Assembly: GCA_963675245.1 (NCBI GenBank)
Contig: OY775910.1
Coordinates: 832,001 to 896,000, forward strand
Reading direction: 5' to 3'
Source: Acholeplasmataceae bacterium
GTDB lineage: Bacteria; Bacillota_I; Bacilli_A; Acholeplasmatales; Acholeplasmataceae
Length of the DNA stretch: 64,000 bases
The notes beneath the pieces are model-generated. The model was not told the origin of the DNA. It made no database searches and saw only the letters and a list, made by a program, of their open reading frames with translations. The translations under genes were made by a program, and so were the position numbers. This document shows positions 1 to 9,838 of the stretch, one piece after another. Positions within the stretch are counted from its first letter, which is position 1. Each line of letters begins with the position of its first letter.

Positions 1-47
1 GCTTTCTTATTAGCACCAAACTTATAATCAATAAATAATATAATAAA

Positions 48-1511
48 GGTTCTCTGTCAAGGATAGGGGTACCGAATAAGTAAATCAATGAAAAGCGTAT
101 TTTTAGGTGATTCATCTAAATGCGTTTTTTCATTATGCACTTAATGTGTAATCTTTGTTGTAAAGAAAGAGAATTCTAGATCTGAACCTGTTGAAATCAG
201 TAAATCCATAAGCTGTTCTTTTAATGACTTTAATAAAGTTATTAATACCTTCGACAATGCCATTCGTCATCTTTTTACGTGTTTCAGGATGAAGGTCAAA
301 TGATTGAACGATTTCTTGACGCCAATTGATAAATGTTTTCTTAATATCTCTAAATTCTTTGGTGGTTGCGTGTCTGAGTAGATCAATGAATTGATTGATA
401 AAAGCCGGTGCCTCTTCATAAGATAATGTTTCTATGCTGGTTTGAAAGAGATCTTTAAGATGAAAAGCTTCTTTTAAATCCGGGTGAAGATTCGCTGCGA
501 TATCATGTATGACATAATCATTGACGTTTTGTTCTAAGAGATGATGGTAGTAATAAGTGTCATTCAAGTCGCTCGGTGACTTCATCAAGAGCTTCCAATG
601 CTTCTTTAATATCTTATAGTTGATAGAATCCTCATCAAATGTTTTCATAATGCGTATTCTTACGGCGTTGAATGACCAATAGATATATCTTAAGAAGTGG
701 AATGTGTCTGCGATAATGCGCGCATGAGGTAAATAAGCTTTCACGATATTCCGGTACGGTGCCCATAGGTCCATAATGACGTTTTTAACGTTGCTGCGCT
801 CTTCATAAGGTATTTGACTGAAGTAATTCTTTAACCAGTCTGTCCGTCTGTTTCTCATCACGTCTATCACTTTCTTGTTGATGGGATCACAGATGACAAA
901 GGCGTATTTGCCATAGCCGAGGTTGCGCTTTTTAAATTCATCAATACTGATCGTTTCAGATAGTTTTAACCTGCTCGGTTGGATGTGTTTATCGATATGT
1001 CTCATCGCTGTTGGCACAGAGACATTCAAACGTTTCGCGATGGCTGTATAGCTTTGGACATATTCAGCTTCCCTTAAGATGTGATGCTTCGTGACATTGG
1101 ATATCTTATTGAAACGCTCAACGAACTGATTAGGTTCTGGGAACCGCTTGTGGCAGTGTTTACAGACATACCGTCTTCGTCTGTATTTTAAATACACATG
1201 GTAGCCATTGATGACACCATGCTTAATGACTCTATCTCTATAGTCGTGAACTTTAGAAGTGTAACTCCCACAATGTGGACATAATTGATAGCCTTGTGTG
1301 AATCTCAAATGGACATGCATATCATTCTCAATGGTCTCTATTTGCTTAATCTTTAAGTGCTCGTCTTCAATTCTTAGTACTTTCTTGATATAATTGTCTT
1401 GCATAAGTAAACTCCTTATCTAAAGTGTGTGGTTACCTTTATTATAAGATTTACTTATGCTTTTTTATATCCCTTTATAAAATCATCCACCCCTAACATA
1501 ATTATAGAGCC
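48..1511 (-). mobile_element. Complete ISL3-family insertion sequence
   Basis: Imperfect terminal IRs GGTTCTCTGTCAAGGATAGGGGT (48-70) and revcomp of 1489-1511 GGCTCTATAATTATGTTAGGGGT; 8-bp direct repeat ATAATAAA at 40-47 and 1512-1519; contains the transposase. Confidence 0.92.
133..1404 (-). CDS. ISL3-family transposase
   Basis: CPHCG...RRRYVCKHC zinc finger; SIDEF, MDLW, ADTFH and TNGIVEGINNFIKVIKRTAYGF motifs. Confidence 0.95.
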   Translation of the reverse strand: MQDNYIKKVLRIEDEHLKIKQIETIENDMHVHLRFTQGYQLCPHCGSYTSKVHDYRDRVIKHGVINGYHVYLKYRRRRYVCKHCHKRFPEPNQFVERFNKISNVTKHHILREAEYVQSYTAIAKRLNVSVPTAMRHIDKHIQPSRLKLSETISIDEFKKRNLGYGKYAFVICDPINKKVIDVMRNRRTDWLKNYFSQIPYEERSNVKNVIMDLWAPYRNIVKAYLPHARIIADTFHFLRYIYWSFNAVRIRIMKTFDEDSINYKILKKHWKLLMKSPSDLNDTYYYHHLLEQNVNDYVIHDIAANLHPDLKEAFHLKDLFQTSIETLSYEEAPAFINQFIDLLRHATTKEFRDIKKTFINWRQEIVQSFDLHPETRKKMTNGIVEGINNFIKVIKRTAYGFTDFNRFRSRILFLYNKDYTLSA

Positions 1512-1515
1512 ATAA

Positions 1516-1550
1516 TAAAAAGGACTACCTTTTATGGTATGTCCTTTTTT
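1516..1550. terminator. Intrinsic terminator hairpin
   Basis: AAAAAGGAC-TACC...GGTA-T-GTCCTTTTTT stem with A/T tails, downstream of the 1566-1808 gene. Confidence 0.65.
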
Positions 1551-1565
1551 GTTTGGTTTATTTAA

Positions 1566-1808
1566 TTAACCAACTAATACTGTAACTTTCTTGTTGACTA
1601 ATACTGTAATCAAATCAATTATCCAGAAGATTGCAAATCCAAGAACACCCCAAAGAATACCAACGATAATTTGGAACATATCTTTTTTAATTATTCCTTT
1701 TGGTAAACGGTATAACAGTCCATAAACAATACCGTCAATTCCAGGAAGTGCGAAGATGATCTTAACGATCCAAGGCATGCCATCAATAGCTTTAACTAAA
1801 TCTTTCAT
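1566..1808 (-). CDS. Small membrane protein
   Basis: 80 aa, hydrophobic, strong SD AGGAGG upstream on the minus strand. Confidence 0.75.
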   Translation of the reverse strand: MKDLVKAIDGMPWIVKIIFALPGIDGIVYGLLYRLPKGIIKKDMFQIIVGILWGVLGFAIFWIIDLITVLVNKKVTVLVG

Positions 1809-1986
1809 GTAAATCCTCCTATGTAACTCTTTTGTCTATAGTATAGCACAATAATAATGGCATGTAATAAAGAAACCCTTAGCAAAGAGGTTGTTGCAAT
1901 TTTTTAATAAAATCATGGTATAATATGTGTAACTGCGATAGCAGTTTTTAGGGAAAATAAACATAAGATAGAAAGATGGATTCAAT

Positions 1987-3117
1987 ATGAATGTCGTGCA
2001 GAACAATCTGATATCCATTGTTATTTTATTTATCCTTTTTTTGGGGATATATAAACAGGTAAATCACAAAGATCCGATTTTTCGGTCATTTTTGATTTTG
2101 CTTGGTATTAATGCAATGATGTTGATATTAGAAGTTGTCATTTATCTTCTTGTAGGCACAGGTGGATCATTCGTTTATGTTATGATTGTTGCTGCAACAA
2201 TCTTATATCATACATCTATTCCTGTGATGTTGTTTATCACGTTTTTGTTTTATGATTTTCACTTTAATGTGATTTCACAGCGGACAATTAAGTTCTTTAT
2301 TGCCTTTATTGTCATATTCATTGTTAATTTAGTGTTTGTTATTCTGAGTTTATCAAATGGTTATATATATCAGATAAGCGGTAGCAATTTGTATGAACCA
2401 GGTCTTTACTATGTCTATTATGAATTAGTTATATACCTAGTCTTTGTATCCATATTTATGTATTCAGTCACGCAACGAATGAAAATTGATCATAGCACAT
2501 TTATTCCACTTAGTTTATTCATAATACCTTTAACTGTCACAATCATATTAACTGTATTCGCAGGTTTCGTTTATGTGACTTGGAATGCGTTTATGATCTC
2601 GATGTTAATCATTTATATTTTCATGCAGTTGCAAATTACATCAACGGATTATTTAACGGGTTTACAAAATAGAAGAGGTTATGAATACTTACTATTTAAT
2701 TTAAATAAATCTAAAGTTCAAAACGAAACGATCATCGGTATCATGATGGATATTGATAATTTTAAAACAATAAACGATGAATTTGGGCATCATGTTGGTG
2801 ATGAAGCATTAAAAGCATTTGGTATAATGCTCAAGAAAGCTGTCAGAAAGAATGACTTTGTCAGTCGCACAGGTGGTGATGAATTTGCCATCGTTATTCA
2901 ATCAAATGAACCAAATGTCGATCAAATTGTCATTGATAGAATCAATAAACAATTGAAGGCGTTTAATAATGAAATGCCATTTGGATTTAAGTTACATGTG
3001 TCTATTGGTAGCGATACTTATGATGAAGAAAAGCATCAATCAATATCAAGTTTCTTTGCATATCTTGATAAAGAAATGTATAAAGATAAACGAGAGAGCG
3101 AACGAATAAGAATATGA
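1987..3117 (+). CDS. Membrane-bound diguanylate cyclase (GGDEF domain)
   Basis: Multiple N-terminal TM helices; DYLTGLQNRR, DIDNFKTINDEFGHHVGD, RKND I-site, GGDEF. Confidence 0.92.
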   Translation: MNVVQNNLISIVILFILFLGIYKQVNHKDPIFRSFLILLGINAMMLILEVVIYLLVGTGGSFVYVMIVAATILYHTSIPVMLFITFLFYDFHFNVISQRTIKFFIAFIVIFIVNLVFVILSLSNGYIYQISGSNLYEPGLYYVYYELVIYLVFVSIFMYSVTQRMKIDHSTFIPLSLFIIPLTVTIILTVFAGFVYVTWNAFMISMLIIYIFMQLQITSTDYLTGLQNRRGYEYLLFNLNKSKVQNETIIGIMMDIDNFKTINDEFGHHVGDEALKAFGIMLKKAVRKNDFVSRTGGDEFAIVIQSNEPNVDQIVIDRINKQLKAFNNEMPFGFKLHVSIGSDTYDEEKHQSISSFFAYLDKEMYKDKRESERIRI

Positions 3118-3124
3118 TTTAATA

Positions 3125-3149
3125 ACCGGCTTAAATGGCCGGTTTTTTC
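3125..3149 (+). terminator. Intrinsic terminator
   Basis: AACCGGC-ttaaatg-GCCGGTT followed by a T tract. Confidence 0.8.
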
Positions 3150-3245
3150 TTGTTTATAGTACTATTTATAATGTTTACAGTATCATTTGATTTTTAAGTG
3201 GTAGACTTTTATAATTTAGAAGTAAACCATAAGTGGGTGAATTTA

Positions 3246-3512
3246 ATGGCAAAAAAGAAATATCATTTAATGGGTCAAACAGTCAGTTTAGATAAACTAC
3301 CTAAAGGGTATATCGGTAAAGTGATACAAATAGCAACCCCTGATCAAAAATTAAAACGTCGTTTGATGGATATGGGTATTACTGAAGGTGTTCAAGTGTC
3401 GATTAAGAAGATTGCTCCTTTAGGAGATCCAATTGATATTACACTCCGAGGTTATGAACTTTGTCTTAGAAAAGTTGATTTATCATTTATAGATGTTGAG
3501 GTTATCCGATGA
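3246..3512 (+). CDS. feoA: Ferrous iron transport protein A
   Basis: RRLMDMGITEG...APLGDPI motif; start moved to ATG 3246. Confidence 0.9.
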   Translation: MAKKKYHLMGQTVSLDKLPKGYIGKVIQIATPDQKLKRRLMDMGITEGVQVSIKKIAPLGDPIDITLRGYELCLRKVDLSFIDVEVIR

Positions 3513-5491
3513 AAGTTGCACTCGTTGGTAATCAAAATTCGGGGAAAACAACCCTTTTTAATTTGCTTACCGGATCGCATCAAAAGATAGGTAATTGGGC
3601 AGGTGTGACCATTGAAAAAAAAGAAGGCACGATTCGCACAACGGATTTTGACTTAATTGATTTACCGGGTCTATATTCTCTTAATCCCTATACAAAAGAA
3701 GAGGAAGTCTCTTTTGATTACTTATTACATGAACAAGTAGATCTTATTTTAAATATCATTGACGCGACTCAATTGGAACGCAGTCTTTATTTAACGACGC
3801 AATTATTAGAATTAGATATTCCGCTTGTGATTGCGTTAAACATGAAAGATTTAGCAGATATCAGAGGTATTAAAATTGATTATAACCTCATTGAAGAAAA
3901 ACTTAACACGACGATTATTTCGATCTCAGCATTAAAGAAAACAGGTGTGTTTGATTTAATTCAAGCCATTAAGCAGAAATCTTATAAAAATAATCAATAT
4001 AGTCATATCTATGATCATGATTTTGAAGATGTGTTAGCGGATGTGACTAAACATTTAAACATACCTCATCAACGATTTATCGGTACTAAAATTCTTGAAG
4101 GTGACGAACGTTTTGAATCTTTAGTAAATACTGAAATGGCTAAAGAAAGAGAAAAATTGCATCAAAACTACAATCGAGAACTTGATCAAGTAATTACCGA
4201 TGAGAGATATCGATATATTGAGTTATTAAGAGATAGTGCTGTCAAGAGTTACATCAAGCATAAGAGTTGGACAGATCGTATTGATGATGTCTTATTAAAT
4301 AAATATTTAGCACTCCCTATATTCGCGTTAATTATGTTTGGCATTTACTATTTAGCTGCAGGTCCATTTGGTAGTTTAACTGTTGACTTTGTCGGTGATA
4401 TCATTTCTGATTTTTCGATGTGGTTAGAAGCTAGACTTGTGGTTTGGAACGCTTCCGCTTGGTCTCAAAGTTTAGTCGTCAACGGGATTATTGCTGGGGT
4501 TGGAGCCGTTTTAAACTTTGTCCCACAATTGATTATATTGTTTACATTGATTGCATTATTAGAAACGACTGGTTATATGTCAAGAATCGCGTTTTTCTTG
4601 GATCGTATGTTTCAAAAGGTAGGGTTATCTGGAAAATCACTTATTCCATTTATTATTGGTAGTGGATGTAGTGTACCTGCAATCATGTCAGCACGAACGA
4701 TTAACGATGAAACAGAAAAACGAATGACGATTATGTTAACACCGTTTATTCCTTGTAGTGCAAAACTTCCGATTATCACGTTGTTTGCTGGATATTTCTT
4801 TAGTGATCGCACCGGTATTGTCAGTGCATCATTATACTTTTTTGCGATTACGATTATTATCTTATCAGCTTTTATCATGAAAAAGTTCTTTTTTAAAGGG
4901 AGTATCTCAAGCTTCATTATGGAATTACCAGAATATAAAGTACCTAGCGCAAGATATATTATAAGAGATGTTTATTTAAAAGTGAAAGCATTTATGACGG
5001 AAGCCGGATCTATTATATTAATGGCTTCAATCGTGATTTGGTTCTTGATTAGTTTCTCATTTAGGTTTGAATATGGTGTCCTTCCGGATCAAAGTATCTT
5101 ATCCTATATTGGTAGAGTATTCAGTTTTATCTTTTATCCATTTTTAGGTAATTTATCTTGGGCAGCATCTGTATCAGCGATTCAAGGATTAGTTGCTAAA
5201 GAACAAGTCGTATCATCGATGGCAATCATCGCGAACTTCTCAAGTGAAGTGAATACAGGATCATTGATATTCAATAGTCAAGTTTTTCAATTCTTCACAC
5301 CTGCATCCGCGTACGCATTCATGGTTTTTAATTTGTTTTCAGCACCATGTTTTGGTGCGATAGGTGCGATGAAAAAAGAGTTAGGTTTAACATCTAACAT
5401 GTGGAAAGCAGTATTTTTCCAGACGGGAATCGCCTGGGTCTTAGCAACGCTTGTTTATCAAATAAGTACGTTGATTGGAGGGTTATTATGA
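3509..5491 (+). CDS. feoB: Ferrous iron transport protein B
   Basis: G motifs GNQNSGKT, NWAGVT, DLPG, NMKD; membrane domain with GCSVPA and PCSAKL. Confidence 0.95.
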   Translation: MKVALVGNQNSGKTTLFNLLTGSHQKIGNWAGVTIEKKEGTIRTTDFDLIDLPGLYSLNPYTKEEEVSFDYLLHEQVDLILNIIDATQLERSLYLTTQLLELDIPLVIALNMKDLADIRGIKIDYNLIEEKLNTTIISISALKKTGVFDLIQAIKQKSYKNNQYSHIYDHDFEDVLADVTKHLNIPHQRFIGTKILEGDERFESLVNTEMAKEREKLHQNYNRELDQVITDERYRYIELLRDSAVKSYIKHKSWTDRIDDVLLNKYLALPIFALIMFGIYYLAAGPFGSLTVDFVGDIISDFSMWLEARLVVWNASAWSQSLVVNGIIAGVGAVLNFVPQLIILFTLIALLETTGYMSRIAFFLDRMFQKVGLSGKSLIPFIIGSGCSVPAIMSARTINDETEKRMTIMLTPFIPCSAKLPIITLFAGYFFSDRTGIVSASLYFFAITIIILSAFIMKKFFFKGSISSFIMELPEYKVPSARYIIRDVYLKVKAFMTEAGSIILMASIVIWFLISFSFRFEYGVLPDQSILSYIGRVFSFIFYPFLGNLSWAASVSAIQGLVAKEQVVSSMAIIANFSSEVNTGSLIFNSQVFQFFTPASAYAFMVFNLFSAPCFGAIGAMKKELGLTSNMWKAVFFQTGIAWVLATLVYQISTLIGGLL

Positions 5492-5622
5492 CATTAGCAG
5501 ATGGTATTATTTTAGTTGTTTTAGTGATCATTGTTGGTGGTATATTATATAGTAAATTAAAAAACAGAAAACAAACATCTTGTTCAGCTTGTGCTTATGC
5601 TGTCAAAAAAGCTAGAAAATAG
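5488..5622 (+). CDS. FeoB-associated Cys-rich small membrane protein
   Basis: MTLADGIILVVLVIIVGGIL...SCSAC; ATG overlaps the feoB stop, SD GGAGG. Confidence 0.8.
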   Translation: MTLADGIILVVLVIIVGGILYSKLKNRKQTSCSACAYAVKKARK

Positions 5623-5633
5623 AGGTTTGTTAG

Positions 5634-5930
5634 ATGAAAACTTATATGTATAAACTAACACTAGTTGAAAGATTATTTGAAGATGATGCATGGACAGAAG
5701 AAGATAACAAATGGGTTAATGATCATTTTCTTAGATTAAAAAAAGATTATGAATTAGGCAAAGTAATTCACGTAGGAAGAACCGAAGATCCTAAAGGTGA
5801 AGGATTTGGTTTAGTCATCTTTATGGCAGAGAATAATGAAGACGCATTACGTTATATGCAAGAAGATCCTGCAGTAAAACATGGTCAAATGACAGCGATG
5901 GTTATGCCTTATAAAGTGGTATTTAATTAA
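5634..5930 (+). CDS. YciI-like protein
   Basis: H...G+T...GLVIF...DPAV pattern, 98 aa. Confidence 0.7.
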   Translation: MKTYMYKLTLVERLFEDDAWTEEDNKWVNDHFLRLKKDYELGKVIHVGRTEDPKGEGFGLVIFMAENNEDALRYMQEDPAVKHGQMTAMVMPYKVVFN

Positions 5931-5964
5931 AATGAAAAGGAACTGCATTTCGCAGTTCCTAATT

Positions 5965-7200
5965 TTATTTTTTCATTGATTTACTTGGTCTTTTCGGTGC
6001 GGGTGAAGATGCTACTTTTTTCCTTACAACTTTTGAAGGAGCACCCGTTGTTTTCTTTTTGGTAGGCATCTTTGTTGTTGATTTAATCGTTGAACTTTTC
6101 ACTGTCTTAGGTGATTTGGTAGCGGTGGAACGAGAAACAGTAGTTGTTGTTTTTTTCTTAGGTGTAGGTTTTGCTTCGTGGACAACGACTTGTGGGAATG
6201 GGATTTCAATATTATGTTTATCAAGGGTTGCTTTTATGAAGGCACGAAGTTGTCTTTCAATGTTGAAGTGTTGATTCGTTAATGTACGCGCAATAACTCT
6301 AATATTGACACTACTACCAGCAAGCTCTACAACACCTAGAATTTCTGGATCTTCAATGATTTCTGGATAACTTTTAGTGAATTTAGGTAATTCTTTTTTA
6401 AGGATGTTAGTTGTTTTTTCAACATCTTCAGCGTAAGCAATTCCGAAATCAACAATCGCTAATGAAGGATTTTTAGAATAGTTAATCGTATCTGAAATAG
6501 AACCGTTTGCGAGAATTTTAACTTCGCCTTTCCAGTTTTTGATTCGGGTTGTTTTTAAACCAATATCAATGACTTCACCTTTGAATCCATTTGACTCGAT
6601 GATATCACCAACATCGTAATGTTGTTCAAAGATAATAAATAGACCACTGATTAAATCATTAATGAACTTTTGGGCACCAAGACCAATAACTAATCCTAAG
6701 ATCCCAAGACCAGCAAGGGCAGGACCGATGTTAATTCCCCATATTGCTAGAATAACAAGAAGTGCGATAATCCATCCAAGATAACGGATAATACTTAATG
6801 TCAGTTTAGCAAGTGTACGTCTTCTACGATATATTGAACCAGGTTTCTTTCCGACATTGGAAATTGTCACTTTAGAAATTTTTAAGATGAATAATGTGAT
6901 GAATAACGTAAATACCGTTGATATAATTTTTACGATAAAGACCTCATCACTAATTGTAATTCTTATCGAGTCATAAATATCAATAAATTGCTGGAAATCA
7001 TAACCCCATAACCAAGCAATATATAATGCTGCACCAATAAAAGCGGCGAAATCAAATAAATATCCTACGAGATAAATCCATCTCTTTAAATTATCACCAC
7101 GTTTATTTGCTATACGAATAGAAACGATAAATATTAATAACAGAAACAATACTGTTCCGGTGGTAATAAACGCTTTTATATATTCTTCAAATCCAGGCAT
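5965..7200 (-). CDS. Small-conductance mechanosensitive channel (MscS family) with basic low-complexity tail
   Basis: GLGAQKFINDLISGLFII, VGDII, GEVIDIGLKTT, IEIPFPQ; start reset to ATG 7200 after SD AGGAG. Confidence 0.92.
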   Translation of the reverse strand: MPGFEEYIKAFITTGTVLFLLLIFIVSIRIANKRGDNLKRWIYLVGYLFDFAAFIGAALYIAWLWGYDFQQFIDIYDSIRITISDEVFIVKIISTVFTLFITLFILKISKVTISNVGKKPGSIYRRRRTLAKLTLSIIRYLGWIIALLVILAIWGINIGPALAGLGILGLVIGLGAQKFINDLISGLFIIFEQHYDVGDIIESNGFKGEVIDIGLKTTRIKNWKGEVKILANGSISDTINYSKNPSLAIVDFGIAYAEDVEKTTNILKKELPKFTKSYPEIIEDPEILGVVELAGSSVNIRVIARTLTNQHFNIERQLRAFIKATLDKHNIEIPFPQVVVHEAKPTPKKKTTTTVSRSTATKSPKTVKSSTIKSTTKMPTKKKTTGAPSKVVRKKVASSPAPKRPSKSMKK

Positions 7201-7310
7201 ACAAATCACTCCTTTGCTCTCTATAATTATGATATCATAATCTATCAAAAATATATGAAATGTAGGAAAAAAGTGGTAGAATAGTGTCGGTTCATAAAAG
7301 GAGGTCAGCA

Positions 7311-8801
7311 ATGGTTAAAGATCAAAGTAAAACACCATTTTTAACAAAACTTATCGAATATGCAAACAGCGATGTTATTTCACATGATGTGCCAGGACAT
7401 AAGTTAGGTAATATAGGTAACGATCTTGAATCAGTTATCGGAAAAGAAACATTTCGCTTAGATGCGAATGCACCAAGAGGATTAGATAACTTAAGCAGGC
7501 CAACTGGGGTTATAAAAGAAGCTTCAGAACTTATGGCAGACGCTTTCGGAGCTGAACAGGCTTATTTTTTAACAGGTGGGACGACTTTAGGTATTTTAGC
7601 AATGATTATGTCTACGGTTAGAGCAAAAGAAAAAATCATTATGCCAAGAAATGTCCATAAATCAGCCATCAACGCCCTTATTTTTAGTGGAGCCGTACCT
7701 ATTTTCGTACAACCACATATTGACCCAGAATTAGGGATTGCAAATCATCTAGAAATTAATGCTGTTAAAAAAGCGATTAAAGCACATCCTGATGCGAAAT
7801 GTGTATTCGCGATTAATCCCACTTATTTCGGTGCAATTTCAGATTTACAAGCCATTGTTGAAGTCGCACATGAACACGATATGATTGTGATGTGTGATGA
7901 AGCACATGGTTCGCATTTAGGCTTTTCAGATAAATTACCATTATCTGCGATGCAAGCAGGAGCAGACTTATCATCTTGTTCACTTCATAAGACATTAGGA
8001 TCGCTCACGCAAAGTTCTGTTTTACTCGTAAATAGCGAAAGGGTCGATCACTTAAGATTAAGATCCACGATTAATATGCTACAATCGACTTCGCCATCAA
8101 GTTTATTAATGGCGAGTTTGGATGCGAGCAGAAAAACGTTTAGCACAGAAGGGGCTCAACGCCTATCAACATTAATCGATATGGCGAATGATACAAGAGC
8201 TAGAATTAACAAGATCCCTAATCTTAAAGCGTTAGATAAAGAGTATTTTGTGTCAAGAGGATCTTTTGGTTACGATGAAACGAAACTGATTATTAAAGTA
8301 TCTAAATTAGGTATTAATGGGTTTGAAGCGTATAGAGAGCTTGCTGATATTCATCATGTTCAAATGGAGTTAGCAGAAACGCATTTAATACTAGCGGTAT
8401 TATCAATAGGGACAACCCAAAAAGATTTAGACGCATTAGTCGAGGCATTACAAGCCATCAGTTATAAATATAGTAGTCAAAAATTACCAACGATAAAACC
8501 AAAGGTCAGATATTCGTTTCCTGATGTCTTTACAAGACCTCGTGAAGCTTATCATGCACCTAAAAAATATATACCACTAGCGGATGCTGCTGGTGAAATA
8601 GCAGGTGAATCAGTCATGATTTATCCACCAGGTATTCCAATTGTGATTCCTGGAGAAATTATATCAGAAGATATTATTAATGATCTTGATTTTTATAAGA
8701 AGAATGGATCGACCATTCTATCAGATACAGAATCAGGCTTTATGAAAGTCATCGATAAATCCGAATGGATCAAATGGGAGAAAATATATGAAGATGAATA
8801 A
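7311..8801 (+). CDS. PLP-dependent Arg/Lys/Orn decarboxylase (probably arginine decarboxylase)
   Basis: HDVPGHK, PRNVHKS, DEAHG, SLHK, YPPGIP; adjacent to agmatinase; start ATG 7311 after GGAGG. Confidence 0.88.
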   Translation: MVKDQSKTPFLTKLIEYANSDVISHDVPGHKLGNIGNDLESVIGKETFRLDANAPRGLDNLSRPTGVIKEASELMADAFGAEQAYFLTGGTTLGILAMIMSTVRAKEKIIMPRNVHKSAINALIFSGAVPIFVQPHIDPELGIANHLEINAVKKAIKAHPDAKCVFAINPTYFGAISDLQAIVEVAHEHDMIVMCDEAHGSHLGFSDKLPLSAMQAGADLSSCSLHKTLGSLTQSSVLLVNSERVDHLRLRSTINMLQSTSPSSLLMASLDASRKTFSTEGAQRLSTLIDMANDTRARINKIPNLKALDKEYFVSRGSFGYDETKLIIKVSKLGINGFEAYRELADIHHVQMELAETHLILAVLSIGTTQKDLDALVEALQAISYKYSSQKLPTIKPKVRYSFPDVFTRPREAYHAPKKYIPLADAAGEIAGESVMIYPPGIPIVIPGEIISEDIINDLDFYKKNGSTILSDTESGFMKVIDKSEWIKWEKIYEDE

Positions 8802-9660
8802 GGTGGACTTATCATTTCAAAGTTGTAAAGCAGAGTATGATGAAGCCGATGTTGTAATCTATAGCGTACCGATGGACGCGACAACATCATTTAGACCTGG
8901 AACAAGATTTGCTGGAAACGCAATTCGTGTTGATTCATTTGGGGTAGAATGGTATTCACCATACCGAGAAGCAGATTTAAACGATTATCAGACGTGTGAT
9001 ATTGGTGATCTTGACCTACCAATTGGTGCAGTAGAAGATGCCTTAGCTATTGTGAATGAAACGACGCGACAAATTTTAAAAGATGGTAAAACACCGATGA
9101 TGGTGGGTGGCGAGCATTTAGTGAGCCTTCCAGTGATAGAAGCTGTTTTTGAGAAGTATCCAGATCTTCACCTCATTCATTTAGATGCACATACTGATTT
9201 ACGAGAACACTTCTTTGGTAGAGAATTATCACATGCGACTTTCATGAGAAAGGTTCATGGATTTGTGGGTGATGGTAAGATTTATCAGTTTGGTATTAGA
9301 AGTGGTGAAAAACCAGAATTTGATTGGGCAAAAGCGGGACATGTTCACCAACGTAAATTCGATTTTGAAGGATTAGATAAAGTCGTTGAAATACTTAAGG
9401 ATAAACCTGTTTATATCACAATTGATTTAGATGTGTTAGATCCAGCGGTCTTTCCTGGTACTGGAACCCCTGAACCAGGTGGTATGATGTATAAAGATTT
9501 ACTGTGGGCATTTGATCAATTTGAGAAGTTAAATCATATGGTTGGTGCTGATATAGTTGAACTCTCACCGATGTTAGATCCAAGTGGTGCATCTACAGCG
9601 GTCGCAGCTAAATCATTAAGAGAATTAGTATTACTACTTCATAAAAATAGACAAAAATAA
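8788..9660 (+). CDS. speB: Agmatinase
   Basis: Ureohydrolase motifs GGEH, DAHTD, DLDVLDP, PGTGTPEPGG. Confidence 0.9.
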   Translation: MKMNKVDLSFQSCKAEYDEADVVIYSVPMDATTSFRPGTRFAGNAIRVDSFGVEWYSPYREADLNDYQTCDIGDLDLPIGAVEDALAIVNETTRQILKDGKTPMMVGGEHLVSLPVIEAVFEKYPDLHLIHLDAHTDLREHFFGRELSHATFMRKVHGFVGDGKIYQFGIRSGEKPEFDWAKAGHVHQRKFDFEGLDKVVEILKDKPVYITIDLDVLDPAVFPGTGTPEPGGMMYKDLLWAFDQFEKLNHMVGADIVELSPMLDPSGASTAVAAKSLRELVLLLHKNRQK

Positions 9661-9838
9661 GTTTAAAACAAAGTCATACTTCGGTATGGCTTTTTATTTA
9701 GAAATCGCGATTTTCTAACATAATATACGTTAATCGAAAAATATTTATAAAAATTATGTTAAAAACGCCAAATTAAGCATAACTTTTGAATAAGAATACC
9801 CTGTAAAGTATAATGAATGTGCAATGAAGGAGGTCATT

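Noticed and set aside
7201..7311. N-terminal extensions making MscS and the decarboxylase overlap
   Set aside because: SD-supported starts at 7200 and 7311 leave a normal divergent intergenic region
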